Source: an uncultured bacterium
Lineage (GTDB): Bacteria; Acidobacteriota; HRBIN11; JAKEFK01
DNA length: 64,000 nt
Direction of reading: 5' to 3'
Assembly: GCA_963777505.1 (NCBI GenBank)
Contig: CAVZQN010000011.1
Span: 1-64,000 of the forward strand
Positions 1-11,642 of this stretch are shown here, in pieces. The notes under the pieces are model-generated. The model was not told the DNA's origin. It ran no database searches and saw nothing but the letters and a program-made list of their open reading frames with translations. A program made the position numbers and the translations under genes. Position 1 is the first letter of the stretch. The number at the start of each line of letters is the position of its first letter.

Positions 1-167
1 AGAAAACGCTGGACATTTTCCTGCGAATAGCGACGATGTCCCCCGGGAGTTTTATGAGCACGAATATACGCTGGAAATTCAGTTTCGTAAAAACGCAATG
101 TTGATATCGGCAGCTTTATGATTTCCTGCAATTGCGAAATGGAAATGAGATCCTGGCTCTCGTTCAT
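1..167 (-). CDS. MerR-family helix-turn-helix transcriptional regulator, 5' part (runs off the window edge)
   Basis: Not in the ORF track. Manual translation from ATG 167: MNESQDLISISQLQEIIKLPISTLRFYETEFPAYIRAHKTPGGHRRYSQENVQRF; the STLRFYE...GGHRRY pattern is MerR HTH. TAATG overlap with the lepB stop. Confidence 0.85.
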   Translation of the reverse strand, partial: MNESQDLISISQLQEIIKLPISTLRFYETEFPAYIRAHKTPGGHRRYSQENVQRF

Positions 168-841
168 TATTCAATGATTTTGAAGAACCGTTTCCACCGG
201 GTCTTAGGAATAAAATTTACAATTACATTCGCAAAGCCTCGAACTTTTTCAGCAATCGTACTGGGTCCGAGATTTTGTGGTCCATCAAATGACCAGTAAA
301 TTATGAATGCTCTTCCTTTTATATAGTCCTTTGGAACGAAACCCCAAGCACGACTATCTTTACTGTTGTCGCGATTGTCTCCCATTGCAAAATAATATCC
401 TTCAGGCACTTTTTTCGGCGAAAAATTTTCGGCAGTCAATCCGAAAAATTCTTCCTTATGAAATTTATAGGGCTCCTGAAGTGCCTTTCCGTTGATAAAA
501 ACTTGTTTATCACGAATCTCAATCGTTTCATTTCCAACAGCAACAACACGTTTAATGAAATTTCGAGAGGGATCTTCCGGATATTTGAAAACAATTACAT
601 CGGTACGCTCAACATTATTGATCGGCAGGAGCGTCTTTTCCCATTGAAAATTAACGGGAGCATATGCGAACTTATTCACTAAAATATGGTCCCCGATCAG
701 GAGATTATCTTCCATGGATGCGCTTGGAATCTTAAATGCTTCGATGACAAACGTTCTAAAGAATAATGCCAGCACAACAGCAAGAACGATTGCTTCAAAA
801 TATTCACGAGCGACTGACTTTTTATAAGGCGTGGCTTCCAT
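167..841 (-). CDS. lepB: Signal peptidase I
   Basis: N-terminal TM, IPSASM (catalytic Ser), FIKRV (catalytic Lys), GDNRDNSKDSR; directly follows lepA. Confidence 0.97.
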   Translation of the reverse strand: MEATPYKKSVAREYFEAIVLAVVLALFFRTFVIEAFKIPSASMEDNLLIGDHILVNKFAYAPVNFQWEKTLLPINNVERTDVIVFKYPEDPSRNFIKRVVAVGNETIEIRDKQVFINGKALQEPYKFHKEEFFGLTAENFSPKKVPEGYYFAMGDNRDNSKDSRAWGFVPKDYIKGRAFIIYWSFDGPQNLGPSTIAEKVRGFANVIVNFIPKTRWKRFFKIIE

Positions 842-2649
842 TATTCCGAACGATCCTCCTTCAAAATTGCAAGAAATGCTTCCTGAGGTATATCCACTTT
901 TCCAACGCGTTTCATCCGTTTTTTACCTTCTTTTTGCTTTTCGAGCAACTTACGTTTCCGTGTAATGTCACCGCCATAACATTTTGCAATAACATTCTTC
1001 CGCAGTGCAGACACAGTCTCACGCGCTATGATTTTACTTCCGATTGCTGCTTGAATTACGACCTCAAACATCTGGCGTGGGATTAGCGCTTTCATTCTGG
1101 CCGCAAGCGAGCGACCTCTATAATAAGCCTTCTCTTTATGAATGATCAATGAAAGGGCATCGACGGGTTCGCCATTCACGAGTAAATCAAGTTTTGCAAG
1201 TTGGGATGGTTGGTAACCAACGAAATTGTAGTCGAATGAAGCATAACCACGGGAAACGGATTTCAATTGATCATAGAAGTCGATTACGATTTCATTGAGC
1301 GGCAACTCGTATGTGATGAGGACTCGATCCGCCGAAATATATTCAATACCTTTCTGAACTCCCCGGCGTTGTTCGCAAATTGTAAGTATGGGTCCAACAA
1401 ATTCATCAAGGGTCATGATCATTGCGCGAATGATCGGTTCTTCCATTTGTAAAGTCAGTTGGGTCGGGGGCAATTTGGAAGGATTGTCGACTTCAAGGAC
1501 AGTCCCATCAGTCAAAATGACTTTGTAGCGCACACCTGGAGCTGTTGTGATGAGTGAAATTCCAAATTCATTTTCCAGCCGCTGTTGGATGATTTCCATA
1601 TGGAGTAAGCCAAGAAATCCGCATCGGAATCCAAATCCCAGAGCAACGGAATTTTCGGGTTCAAAGAAAAATGAAGAATCATTGAGCTGCAATTTTTCAA
1701 GCGCATCCCGCAACGCTTCATAATCCGTACTTTCGGTTGGATAGAGTCCTGCAAAAACCATCGGTTTGATTTCACGAAAACCAGGGAGGGGGGAATCACT
1801 GCCATGTTTTTCGTGCGTGATTGTATCGCCTATTTTTGTATCCGCAATCCGTTTAACCGCAGCAATGATGCATCCTACTTCTCCTGCGGCAAGCTGATCG
1901 ACCTGGTTCATTTTCGGTATAAAGGTGCCAAGATCGCTGACCTCATACGCTTGATTGTTCGACATAAACTTGATCTTATCTTTCACGCGCAAAGTTCCAT
2001 CAAAAACACGAACGAGAACGACCACTCCACGATAGCTGTCGTACCAGGAATCAAAAATCAAAGCTCTGAGCGGAGCTTTTGGATCCCCTTGTGGTGGCGG
2101 TATCTTTTTGATCGCACCTTCCAGCATTTCATTAACACCTTCCCCGGTTTTTGCGCTGACCAAATACATCTCTTCATCTGAAAAGCCGACGATGTTCTTC
2201 AACTGTTCGATTGTGCGTTCAGCATCAGCACCTGGAAGATCAATCTTGTTGATTACTGGCACGATGGTGAGATTGTTTTCCATAGCGAGGTAGGCGTTCG
2301 CAAGAGTTTGAGCTTCAACGCCCTGTGATGCATCAACAAGAAGAAGGACACCTTCGCAAGCTGCCAGGCTGCGCGAAACTTCGTAGGAGAAATCGACATG
2401 ACCCGGTGTGTCGATCAAGTTCAAAATATATGTTTGTCCATCTTCAGCTTTATGTTCGAGACGAACTGCATGGGCTTTAATCGTGATACCACGTTCACGC
2501 TCAATGACATTGGTATCTAAAACCTGCTCGGACATTTCGCGCGCAGAAAGAGCGCCAGTCAACTCCAACAGTCGATCTGCCAGAGTAGACTTGCCATGAT
2601 CGATATGCGCGATAATGCTGAAATTTCGAATTCGAGAATCGGTGCTCAT
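841..2649 (-). CDS. lepA: Elongation factor 4 (LepA)
   Basis: [22 protein letters not shown]-terminal [25 protein letters not shown]. Confidence 0.99.
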   Translation of the reverse strand: MSTDSRIRNFSIIAHIDHGKSTLADRLLELTGALSAREMSEQVLDTNVIERERGITIKAHAVRLEHKAEDGQTYILNLIDTPGHVDFSYEVSRSLAACEGVLLLVDASQGVEAQTLANAYLAMENNLTIVPVINKIDLPGADAERTIEQLKNIVGFSDEEMYLVSAKTGEGVNEMLEGAIKKIPPPQGDPKAPLRALIFDSWYDSYRGVVVLVRVFDGTLRVKDKIKFMSNNQAYEVSDLGTFIPKMNQVDQLAAGEVGCIIAAVKRIADTKIGDTITHEKHGSDSPLPGFREIKPMVFAGLYPTESTDYEALRDALEKLQLNDSSFFFEPENSVALGFGFRCGFLGLLHMEIIQQRLENEFGISLITTAPGVRYKVILTDGTVLEVDNPSKLPPTQLTLQMEEPIIRAMIMTLDEFVGPILTICEQRRGVQKGIEYISADRVLITYELPLNEIVIDFYDQLKSVSRGYASFDYNFVGYQPSQLAKLDLLVNGEPVDALSLIIHKEKAYYRGRSLAARMKALIPRQMFEVVIQAAIGSKIIARETVSALRKNVIAKCYGGDITRKRKLLEKQKEGKKRMKRVGKVDIPQEAFLAILKEDRSE

Positions 2650-2675
2650 TTTGGACGGATCATTGTATCAGATTT

Positions 2676-2705
2676 AACCACAAAGACTCTGCGCCTCTGC
2701 TGTTA
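2676..2705. repeat. Copy of the intergenic AACCRCARAGAC motif next to a reverse-orientation half (AACCACAAAGAC-TCTGCGCCTCTGCTGTTA)
   Basis: Seen directly; the only site where I found both orientations of the motif. Confidence 0.6.
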
Positions 2706-5403
2706 TTTTGATCCCTTTATATCGCCAGCCTTTATTATCGAGATTTTCGCTGGATCAAGGTATTTGCGCATTGCATCTTGCACCTGCTGTTTATTGACCG
2801 CCAATACTTTTTTCTCGAATTCCTCATCCCATGCAAAAGTACGCCCCAAAAATAGATAGCTTGCCAGACGGCTGGAAACATCACGGTCCTGAGTGCGACG
2901 CAATCGCTCCGATTCCTTGAACCCTGACTTCGCAGTCTGGATCTCTTCATCGGTATAACCTTCGGCAATTGCCTTTTTCAATTCTTCTATGAAAGCTGTT
3001 TCAACTCGAACGGCATTTTCAGGCGCTTGAATTGCATAAGCCCCAAAAGCTCCAACGCGATCCAAAGGATTTGCATACAGAAAAGAACCAACACCATAAC
3101 TCAGTCCTTCTTTTTCGCGGATTCTCTCATGTAATCTCGCATTTGAAGCTTCACCCAGAATGTAATTACCAAAGGACAGTGCCGGATAATCAGGATCATC
3201 ATCTCGAATGTTGAGATTCATCCCGGCCAGGAACATAGAATTTGGTTTGTCAGAAACTGGAATCACTTTGTTTTCCGCAGGAATATCCTGAAAAACGTCA
3301 GGAATTCTTGTATAAGGGGACGGACTCTTCCATGAATCAAAAAGGCTGGTCAAATGCTTTTGTATTTCATCCTTGTCGAAATCTCCGACAACAGCAATTT
3401 GCCCTGCTGAACCGCCATACAATTCGCCGTAGAATTTCTTTACATCATCCAGCGTTACCGCTTTTAAAGCTGTAATTTGTTCATCCAGTGTCATCACATA
3501 TCTTGGATCTCCAGGCGGGAACTTATTTAGATGACGTTCCAGCTCAAGTTGTGCCAGGGATTCTGGATCATTTCGGAGTTGTTCGATTTCAGCAAGACTT
3601 TCCTCTTTTAACAAATCAAATTCTTTTTCAGGAAAGGATGGTTGTTGCAAAATTTCTGCGATCAAAGTCAAAACCGCAGGCAAGTTTTGTCGAATTGTTT
3701 CTAGTGATCCGCCTGTGCGCGACACAGATCCGGAAACGCTGGCACGAGCTTTCAGTCGGTCAAGCTCTTCTTGGATCTGCTGACGAGTATGTTTTTGGGT
3801 GCCGCGCATTAACATGGCTCCAGTCATTTGAGGAATGGCACCACGATTTTGTAACTTTGCTTCATCTCCAAATCGAAAAACCAAAGTTGCGATGACGGAC
3901 GCACCACGAGTCTTTTTCGGCAAAAGAGCAACTTTAATTCCGCCGGGCATATCAAAACGGGTCGTTCGTGTTTCGATATTTTGCGGAGATGGATCAAATG
4001 CTTCTCCAGACGCAATTGCAGGCTCACCTTTAAAATCTTTCATCATCTCTGCAATGTTGGGTGGATCAGGAATTTCGGCGCGATCCGGCTTTTGATCGGG
4101 AATAAAAAATCCGGCAGTACGATTCGAAGGTTTAAAATACTGTGATGCGACGCGATCTATATCCTTCGTGGTGACTTTACCAAGCGATTCGCGATGCAAA
4201 AAGAACAAACGCCAATCACCCATGGCAATCCATTCACTCAATTCAAGACCCACACGGTCTGCAGAATTGAGCATCAAATCAATATTTTTTAATAATGCGG
4301 CACGAGCTCGATCTAGTTCTGCCTGAGTCGTTGGAGTTTTTTCATAATCTTCGATCGTGCTTATTAAAGCCTCACTAGCAGGAGCCAGTGGTGTTTCTTT
4401 TCTGCACCTCAGCTGCCGCAAGCGCAATTCCTGGTTGTCTCAGTTGAAACGGAAATCCAAAAATGGAGCTCGCTTTCTTTGTTTCAACAAGGGCTTTATA
4501 AATCCGTCCCGAAGGGGAGTCAGTCAGAATTTCGTTCAAGATATCGATTGCTGGAAAGTCGGGATGCGAGCCAGAAGGCACATGGTAAACAACACCTGCA
4601 TATTGAACATCCCCGACCCGTCTTAAAGTTACTTCACGCTCACCATCTTGAGTTGGTTCTTTAGTGTAGAACTTTTGGAGAACGCGTTTTGGTTTCGGTA
4701 ACGCACCGAAGTATTTCTGAATCCATTCAAGCGTTTTTGCTTCATTGAATTGGCCAGCAATTAATAAAGCTGCATTATCGGGTTGATAGTGGTTTTTATA
4801 AAAGGCCTGAAGTCTTTCAATTGGGACGTTCTCGATATCGGCTCTCGATCCAATTGTTGTTTTGCCATAGTTATGCCAGATGTAGGCCGTGGAAATCATT
4901 CGTTCCATCATGATGCTGAATGGGTCGTTCTCTCCAGCTTCAAATTCATTTCGGACGACTGTCATTTCGGAATCGAGATCCTTCTTCGTCACGTTGCTAT
5001 TGAGCATACGGTCAGCTTCCATCTCAAGCGCATATTCAAGATTTTCATCGGTAGCCGTTAAGATTTCGTAATAATTCGTTCGATCGAGCCACGTTGATGC
5101 ATTCCAACGCGCTCCTCGTTTTTCCATTTCCACTCGAAGATTTGGATGTTTGGGGCTTCCTTTAAAAAGCATGTGCTCAAGAAGGTGAGCCATACCTGTC
5201 TCGCCGTAATTTTCATGAACCGAACCAACGAGGTAGGTAACATTGACCGTTATTGTCTGTTTCGTTGGGTCAGGAAACAAAAGCACCTGCATGCCGTTGT
5301 CGAGACGGTATTCCGTAATTCCTGAAACCGTGGTTACTTTTTGTAATGCAAAGACAGGAGTGACAAATGCAAGTAAAACTAGTGACAGAATGATCTTTCT
5401 CAT
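2703..5403 (-). CDS. Secreted M16 (pitrilysin/PqqL-like) zinc metallopeptidase, about 900 aa, one frameshift near 4398-4401
   Basis: Signal peptide and HLLEH (HxxEH) in ORF 4375..5403. ORF 2703..4427 holds the C-terminal M16 domains (LHERIREKEGLSYG). Removing one A from CAGAAAAGAAAC joins them (EVQKETPLAP). Confidence 0.88.
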
Positions 5404-5465
5404 ATTTCCTTCTCATCTGGGAGATTGTTGACTTTATATTCTATCCTCACCACAATTGCTGTGCC

Positions 5466-5648
5466 ATGTCCCTTGAAATGAAAGCTAAATGTGAACGCTG
5501 TGGTAAAGAACTGGCTGCCGATGGTGATGCCTATATTTGTAGTTATGAATGCACGTTTTGTCATCAATGTAGAGATTCAATGGATGGGAAGTGTCCCAAC
5601 TGCGGTGGCGAACTTCTTCGGCGTCCGAAACGACTAAAAGACAATTAA
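5466..5648 (+). CDS. DUF1272-family small Cys-rich (zinc-ribbon) protein
   Basis: CERC...ICSYECTFC..C...CPNCGGELLRRP pattern typical of DUF1272. Confidence 0.85.
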   Translation: MSLEMKAKCERCGKELAADGDAYICSYECTFCHQCRDSMDGKCPNCGGELLRRPKRLKDN

Positions 5649-5668
5649 CCACAGAGACTCAAGACAAA

Positions 5669-6575
5669 ATGAATATTGTTAGCTTGCTTCCGTCCGCAAC
5701 TGAAATTCTTTATGCACTAGGATTGGGAAATTCAGTTGTCGGTGTTACGCATGAATGTGATTTCCCCGAAGAAGTGCTCAAGAAGCCCATTCTTACACAA
5801 TGCGTTTTTGATTCCGCTTCATTGTCTCAAGAAGAAATCGATCAAAAAGTTCGAGAGCTCGCAAAAAATGAAGAGAGCCTTTACCGAATTGATGAACAGC
5901 TTTTAAGACAACTAAAACCCGATTTGATTGTGACTCAGGATTTATGTCATGTTTGCGCCGTTACGCCACGTGAAGTCGACCGAGCAATCCATAGTTTGCA
6001 AAACGAACCATCAATCGTCTCGCTGAATCCTAAAACTCTTGAAGATGTATTTTCCGATATGATTCAAATTGGCAAGCAGACGCATATTGCAGCGGAACCA
6101 ATTGTTGAAGCTTTGCAGGCTAGAATCAAAAAAATCGCGCCTGCTTCCATGTTGAAGCCACGTCCAACTGTTGGATGTATTGAATGGATGAACCCACTTT
6201 GGCGTTCGGGTCACTGGGTTCCGGAAATGGTTCAGCTTGCCGGTGGTGATGAAGTGTTAGCGAATATCGGCCAACCATCCCGGTCACTGAAATGGGAAGA
6301 GCTCAGTCGAAAAGGATCCTGATATCATAATATTTTTGCCTTGCGGCTATAATCTCGAGAAAACTCAACAGGAATTCGAGAAAGCTAAAAACGCTTTTCC
6401 CTGGAACCAATTGAAGGCGTTTCAAAATAATAATGTATTTTTTACCGATGCAAACTCTTATTTCAGCCGTTCGGGACCTCGTCTTGTGGATGGTGTAGAA
6501 TTACTTTCGGAAATCCTTCATCCTGAATTCTTTCAGGGACAGGCTCCGGCTGGTTCCTATGTGCGGATGAGCTAG
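5669..6575 (+). CDS. BtuF-like cobalamin/iron-siderophore binding protein (no signal peptide), one frameshift near 6310
   Basis: IVSLLPSATEILYALG, VGVTHECDFP, TQDLCHVCAV, then FLPCGY...YFSRSGPRLVDGVE in the next frame. Removing one A in CGAAAAGGAT restores RKDPDIIIFLPCG. Confidence 0.85.
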
Positions 6576-6653
6576 ACCCTGCAGTGCGATCGGTGTGGTA
6601 GTCGCCATCGCTCCGCAGCTCGCGTATCTTACCTTGTTAAGGAGAAAATCAAA

Positions 6654-8033
6654 ATGAGAAAGTGCTTCATGTTCCTGCTGATGATTTTTGCAACAGCCGT
6701 CTTCGCCGATCAATACGATAAATGGTTAGATGAGACTGTCAAAGTTCTAATAACAAAAGAAGAAAGAGATGATTTTAAGAAATTAAAATCGAATGAAGAA
6801 AAAGAGAAATTTGTTACAGAATTCTGGGCAAAAAGGGATCCATCACCTGGAACTCCTGATAATGAGTTTAAGACGACCTATGAAGACCGATTAAAGACAG
6901 TCAATGAAAAAATGAAAGGTGGAACTAAGAAGCCTGCCGATTCAGACATGGGAAAAGCGGTTTTGCTGCTTGGCAATCCTTCGGATTCAAAGTCTGAAGA
7001 AACCGATCCGCCGCGTCAAACCTGGACCTGGAAAGGATTACCGAAGGAAATGGGAGTCGGCGATCCTGAAATTGTGTTTGAAGGAGATCCTGACGAAGGC
7101 GGTTTTGTTTTTGCCGATCCAAAGGCAGCCAATCAAATTCTTGATAAGTCTCGAGGCTTCCTTGCTAATTTGCAGGGCGCAGCGAAAGCTCAAGCTCCGG
7201 CACAAACACCTCAGGCAGCTCCAGCTCCAGCCCAGACAGGCGGTCCGGTAAAAACCCCCGAATTGAAAGCTGCTCTAGATGCAACGGCAACTGGAACCGC
7301 TCCAACAGATGTACAACTCGATGCAATTGGCGATTCGTTCATGACTTCCACAGGTGAAGTGTTTGCGACTGTTGCCGTAAAATCGGGAGCGGCTCAAGCT
7401 TCAAAAGTAGGCGTTCGGATCGTTGATGCATCAGGCGCCACGGTTTCAGAAACCGAACTTCCTTTTACAAGCGCTGAAGAAAAGCCTGGTTATTTTCAAA
7501 CACACATGCTGGTTGCTCCTGGAGAATATTCACTGGCCGTTGCAATGGTTGACGGCGGGAAAGCCGGTGGAGTAAAGAAACCGTTATCAGTACCCGATTA
7601 CAAGTCAAAGCTTTCCGTAAGTTCGATCATTTTTATGTCTGAATTTAAACAGCTTGCCGATGGGCAAGGAAAGCCGGAGCCAACTGCATACACATTCGGC
7701 AGAACGAAAATTCTACCGAGCCTTGATCGGGTTTTTGCTCAAACTGGAGACTTGCAGTTCCTTTATGAAATTTACAATGCACAACCTGATGCAAGCGGCG
7801 CAGTTAAAGTAGAAAATCTGGAAGAAGTCGTCCGATTCGAAAGAACAGGCGGCAATCCGAAGCAAGGCAAGCCGGGACCACCGCGTGGATTTCCTATTGC
7901 GAAGAAAGTTACAGTGCCGACAGGTTATCCGCTGGGAACATTTCAACCCGGTGAATACAAAATGATTATCACGATCACAGATAAGACAAGCGGTCAGACT
8001 GCGACGCGTGAATCTACGTTTACAGTGAAATAA
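6654..8033 (+). CDS. Secreted GWxTD-domain protein with C-terminal Ig-like domains
   Basis: Signal peptide; KWLDETVKVLIT.EE...F...FWAKRDP.P.TP.NEF...Y..R is the GWxTD N-domain, but the signature itself is degenerate (ADSDMGKAVLLLGNP). AAGGAG RBS. Confidence 0.8.
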   Translation: MRKCFMFLLMIFATAVFADQYDKWLDETVKVLITKEERDDFKKLKSNEEKEKFVTEFWAKRDPSPGTPDNEFKTTYEDRLKTVNEKMKGGTKKPADSDMGKAVLLLGNPSDSKSEETDPPRQTWTWKGLPKEMGVGDPEIVFEGDPDEGGFVFADPKAANQILDKSRGFLANLQGAAKAQAPAQTPQAAPAPAQTGGPVKTPELKAALDATATGTAPTDVQLDAIGDSFMTSTGEVFATVAVKSGAAQASKVGVRIVDASGATVSETELPFTSAEEKPGYFQTHMLVAPGEYSLAVAMVDGGKAGGVKKPLSVPDYKSKLSVSSIIFMSEFKQLADGQGKPEPTAYTFGRTKILPSLDRVFAQTGDLQFLYEIYNAQPDASGAVKVENLEEVVRFERTGGNPKQGKPGPPRGFPIAKKVTVPTGYPLGTFQPGEYKMIITITDKTSGQTATRESTFTVK

Positions 8034-8051
8034 TATTATGGGAGTAGTATT

Positions 8052-9011
8052 ATGACCAGAGTATTACATGCCATTGGAATCCTTGTGCTTTTGGCAGGGT
8101 TGATTTTTGCCGAAGCGACAGGGCGTGTTAAAGGAAAAATTCTCGATTCTTCTGGGAAACCTATCGAAAAAGTGGCGGTCAAAATTGAGTATCAAGGTGA
8201 AATGACGCAGGTTTACAATGCGACTACAAATGCTAAAGGAGAGTTCATTCACATTGGCATTCGACCAGGAAAATATCGGTTAACGCCTTCAAAGGAAGGT
8301 TATAAACCTATTGAATTCGCATACTACGAGATTCATGTCAGTCCATCAGACCGGCCAGTTCATGTAGATATGAAAATGGAAGTAGAGGCTGCAGCAGCTG
8401 CCGCACCGGCAGCCCCAACTTCTGGAGAAACACCGGTTGCCGCGGCTCCTGTACCCGATCAAGCGAAAGAGGTTGAAGCTGCGGTAGGGCTTTTGAATAC
8501 AGGCAAAGTGAATGAAGCAGTTGCAGCACTCGAAAAACTTGTAGAGGCAAATCCTACAAATGCGGCGCTTCACTATAACCTCGGTGTTGCATATGAAAGA
8601 CGTGATCAGTACGAAAAAGCGCGCGAGCAATATGAAGAAGCGATCAAAATAAAGTCAGATTTTGGAGACGCATTTCTGGCAATTGGGAATACTTTCATGG
8701 CTCAAAAGAATTTTAATGATGCCATCACACCGCTTGTAAAAGCAGTGGAATTGCTGCCTCAAAATTATGGCGCCGCTTATAACCTCGGCGCGTCATACTC
8801 AAATGGAGGAATGTATGCTGAAGCGGAAGGTGCTTTCAGGAAAGCAGCTGCAATTAATCCGAAAGAACCTTATGTCCATCAGCAGCTGGGAATGGCTTTG
8901 ATTGGTCAGTCAAAAAAGGATGAAGGCATCGCGGAGCTTGAAAAATATTTAGAACTCAATCCAAATGCTGCAGACAAAGCGGATATTTTGGAGCTGATTA
9001 AGAGCCTGTAA
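8052..9011 (+). CDS. Secreted protein: carboxypeptidase-regulatory-like (transthyretin-like) domain plus TPR repeats
   Basis: Signal peptide, GRVKGKILD..GKP...V...TTNAKGEF...GKYRL, Ala/Pro linker, TPRs (YNLG.AY, YLELNPNA). Confidence 0.8.
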   Translation: MTRVLHAIGILVLLAGLIFAEATGRVKGKILDSSGKPIEKVAVKIEYQGEMTQVYNATTNAKGEFIHIGIRPGKYRLTPSKEGYKPIEFAYYEIHVSPSDRPVHVDMKMEVEAAAAAAPAAPTSGETPVAAAPVPDQAKEVEAAVGLLNTGKVNEAVAALEKLVEANPTNAALHYNLGVAYERRDQYEKAREQYEEAIKIKSDFGDAFLAIGNTFMAQKNFNDAITPLVKAVELLPQNYGAAYNLGASYSNGGMYAEAEGAFRKAAAINPKEPYVHQQLGMALIGQSKKDEGIAELEKYLELNPNAADKADILELIKSL

Positions 9012-9053
9012 TAAGATTAACCGCGGAGTCGCTGAGTTGAATTCTTAACCAAA

Positions 9054-9848
9054 ATGCCTTTTGCTCGTGTAAACAAAATCGATCTGTATTACGAGAGTCA
9101 CGGCTTTGGCGATCCATTGCTTCTGATTCCCGGGTTAGGTTCGGATGCGACAACATGGGCGCCTTTTGTTTCTGCGTTCGTCAACTCCCGCACGATCATT
9201 GTAGAAAATCGAGGTTCCGGTAGATCGACAAAGCCGGCTGGTCCATATTCAACAGAAATGATGGCTGAGGATGCTGTTGCTTTACTGGAACATCTAGGAA
9301 TCGCACGCGCACACATCATAGGCAAATCCATGGGTGGCATGATTGCGCAATGGATTGCAGCTCGCTGGCCTGAGAAAGTTCGTTCAGTCGTCTTTGCTTC
9401 CACTGTAATGCATCATGACAGTTATGGTGATGAAATGCTTGAATTGGGGAGAATTCTTGCTGAAAAAGCAGGGTTGTTTGCTACGTATCGTCTTGCATTT
9501 TTGCTTTCTTACTCGCGCGAGTACTGTATGAACAATCGGAGCCGGTTGGAACAAATGGAAGCTTTAATTGCGCAAATGGGTTCAACGGAACTTTTGAGGG
9601 GATATTTTGAACAATCGCTTGCATGTCAGCAGCATGATTCACGCGGAGTCGTTTCAAAGATTAAGTCGCCGGCGCTTGTGATTGTAGGGCAAGATGACAT
9701 CATTACTCCTCCCCAATTTTCACGCGAATTGTCCGAAGCAATTTCACGATCGGAGTTGAAGATTCTTCCAAGAGGTGGACATGGTTTCTGGCGCGAATTT
9801 CCAGATGATGTAAACTCCGTCGTTCGTGAATTTTTGTCCCGTCATTGA
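9054..9848 (+). CDS. Alpha/beta-fold hydrolase
   Basis: NRGSGRS, GKSMGG nucleophile elbow, GQDD acid, GGHG His. Confidence 0.9.
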   Translation: MPFARVNKIDLYYESHGFGDPLLLIPGLGSDATTWAPFVSAFVNSRTIIVENRGSGRSTKPAGPYSTEMMAEDAVALLEHLGIARAHIIGKSMGGMIAQWIAARWPEKVRSVVFASTVMHHDSYGDEMLELGRILAEKAGLFATYRLAFLLSYSREYCMNNRSRLEQMEALIAQMGSTELLRGYFEQSLACQQHDSRGVVSKIKSPALVIVGQDDIITPPQFSRELSEAISRSELKILPRGGHGFWREFPDDVNSVVREFLSRH

Positions 9849-9871
9849 TGTAGCTCAACCGCAAAGACGCA

Positions 9872-11068
9872 ATGAACATTTTAATGATCACAACAAGTTA
9901 TCCGCGTACGCCGGATGACACTTCTGCGCCATTTATAGCGTCTATTGCAGAAGGCATTGCAGCGCATGGCCACAATGTCGATGTAGTTTTGCCTCATCAT
10001 CCGATGTTGAAAGAAAAATCGCGAAATGGCGTAACGCTTCATGCATACCGATTTCCTGGTGATAAAAAAGATCCGATTTGGGGCTATGCCCAATCACTTG
10101 AAGCCGATGTTCGCATGAAGAAAAGTGTTTATGCGTTGGCTCCAATTGCAATGCATCAAGCGTATCGGCTTGCGCTCAAGGTTGCGGCAAAAAATCGGCC
10201 TGACCTCATCCATACACATTGGGTCTTACCGAATGGATTTATCGGGGCACGATTGAGCAAGACCCTCAAAAAACCGTTTGTTGTAAGCCTCCATGGTTCG
10301 GACATGTATCTGGCTCGCAAACACCGCATTTTTGGTTCATTTGCACGTTCAGTTCTAAAACGTGCAAATGCAGTAACTGCATGCAGTCCTGATTTGCAAA
10401 TCCAAGCCGAAAGACTTTCCGGACGCCCCGTGAATTTGCTGGAGTACGGAGTTGATATTGAAGCATTTTGTCCCGTAGGAAGCCGCGACGAGAGTTCGGT
10501 ACTTGCAATTGGACGGCTTGTCCATAAGAAGGGATTTTTTGAATTGATCGACGCTTTTGCCGCGGTGTCTAAGTACGATAGTAATAGTACTCTAAGTATA
10601 GTAGGATCTGGCCCCTTAATGTCTGAATTGCGGAAGCGTGCTGAGCAGCAGAAGGTTGCAGATCGCGTGCACTTGCCTGGCAATACCGGACGCGCAGAAT
10701 TGCCGTCACTTTACGCCCGTGCTTCCGTTGTGGCTGTTCCTTCCATCGTAGATCAAGCGGGAAATCAGGATGGTTTGCCGAACGTTTTTCTAGAAGCGCT
10801 TTCATCGGGGTGTGCCGTTGTTGCAAGCGATATTCCAGGAATTCGAAATGTTGTGCAAAACCGCAAGGAATGTCTGCTCATTCCCGCTGGTAACGTCACA
10901 GCTCTTAGCGAAGCCATGATTGAACTATTAAGAAGTCCTGAGTTAAGACAGCAACTTGGATTTGCTGCCCGATTAAAAGCAACTCAGGAACTTTCATGGA
11001 AAAAAAAGTGTAGTGAATTCATTGATATTTATGATTCAATTCTTTCGGCAAAGGCACAAACTACATGA
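9872..11068 (+). CDS. Glycosyltransferase family 4 (GT-B)
   Basis: TTSYPR start, SLHGSD, GRLVHKKG, DGLPNVFLEALSSG. Confidence 0.92.
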   Translation: MNILMITTSYPRTPDDTSAPFIASIAEGIAAHGHNVDVVLPHHPMLKEKSRNGVTLHAYRFPGDKKDPIWGYAQSLEADVRMKKSVYALAPIAMHQAYRLALKVAAKNRPDLIHTHWVLPNGFIGARLSKTLKKPFVVSLHGSDMYLARKHRIFGSFARSVLKRANAVTACSPDLQIQAERLSGRPVNLLEYGVDIEAFCPVGSRDESSVLAIGRLVHKKGFFELIDAFAAVSKYDSNSTLSIVGSGPLMSELRKRAEQQKVADRVHLPGNTGRAELPSLYARASVVAVPSIVDQAGNQDGLPNVFLEALSSGCAVVASDIPGIRNVVQNRKECLLIPAGNVTALSEAMIELLRSPELRQQLGFAARLKATQELSWKKKCSEFIDIYDSILSAKAQTT

Positions 11069-11562
11069 CCGGAGTATTGATCACATTTAATTTAGCTTCG
11101 TTATTTACGTTGATTTACGTTTTCTGGCAGGGTTATTACGCGGGCGCCACAATTCCAATGAAGAATCATATCGTCATGGCGCTTCTGGCCACAGGCTTAA
11201 GTGTGTTTTCACATTCTATGACGATGATGTATTTTGCTGCACTCGGAAGAATGATCCGTCAGGCAGTTGAAAAGGGGAATCTGAATAAGGAAGCGATTCA
11301 GACAACAAAAAAATATCGCAGTCTCATTTTTCGAATTGGCTCTATCACGATGATTGTAGTTATGGCTCAAACTATTTTAGGAGGGGGAGCTCATACGCGT
11401 GTTTTTCCTGTATGGGTCCATCAGGCGCAAGCGATTTTTACCCTGGTCGTTTCAGTTTTCGCTGTCTATATGGAAACACGATACCTGATTCTCAATCATT
11501 TACTGGGGCACCAGGTAGCTCAGCAGTTTGAGAAGAAAGAGAGGATAGAGAATGGAGGATAG
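11065..11562 (+). CDS. Hypothetical 4-TM membrane protein
   Basis: Four hydrophobic segments with membrane-proximal His; ATGA overlap with the GT4 gene; last codons come from the heptamer repeat. Confidence 0.75.
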   Translation: MTGVLITFNLASLFTLIYVFWQGYYAGATIPMKNHIVMALLATGLSVFSHSMTMMYFAALGRMIRQAVEKGNLNKEAIQTTKKYRSLIFRIGSITMIVVMAQTILGGGAHTRVFPVWVHQAQAIFTLVVSVFAVYMETRYLILNHLLGHQVAQQFEKKERIENGG

Positions 11563-11625
11563 AGAATGGAGGATAGAGGATAGCGAGAACGCTTCGCCAT
11601 CTTCTATCTTCCATCCTCCATCCTC
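11541..11625. repeat. Heptamer tandem repeats forming an inverted hairpin
   Basis: Six GAGGATA/GAGAATG units, short loop, then CATCTTC TATCTTC CATCCTC CATCCTC. Confidence 0.9.
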
Positions 11626-11642
11626 AGTTATAATTTAAGGAC

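Noticed and set aside
4375-4427. Programmed ribosomal frameshifting in the split genes (M16, BtuF-like, DUF4388, M28)
   Set aside because: No shared slippery heptamer or stimulatory structure, and these families are normally single ORFs. Sequencing indels are simpler.
11541-11625. Possible CRISPR array
   Set aside because: Units are 7 bp without unique spacers and there are no cas genes. I saw no repeat-spacer array anywhere in the window.
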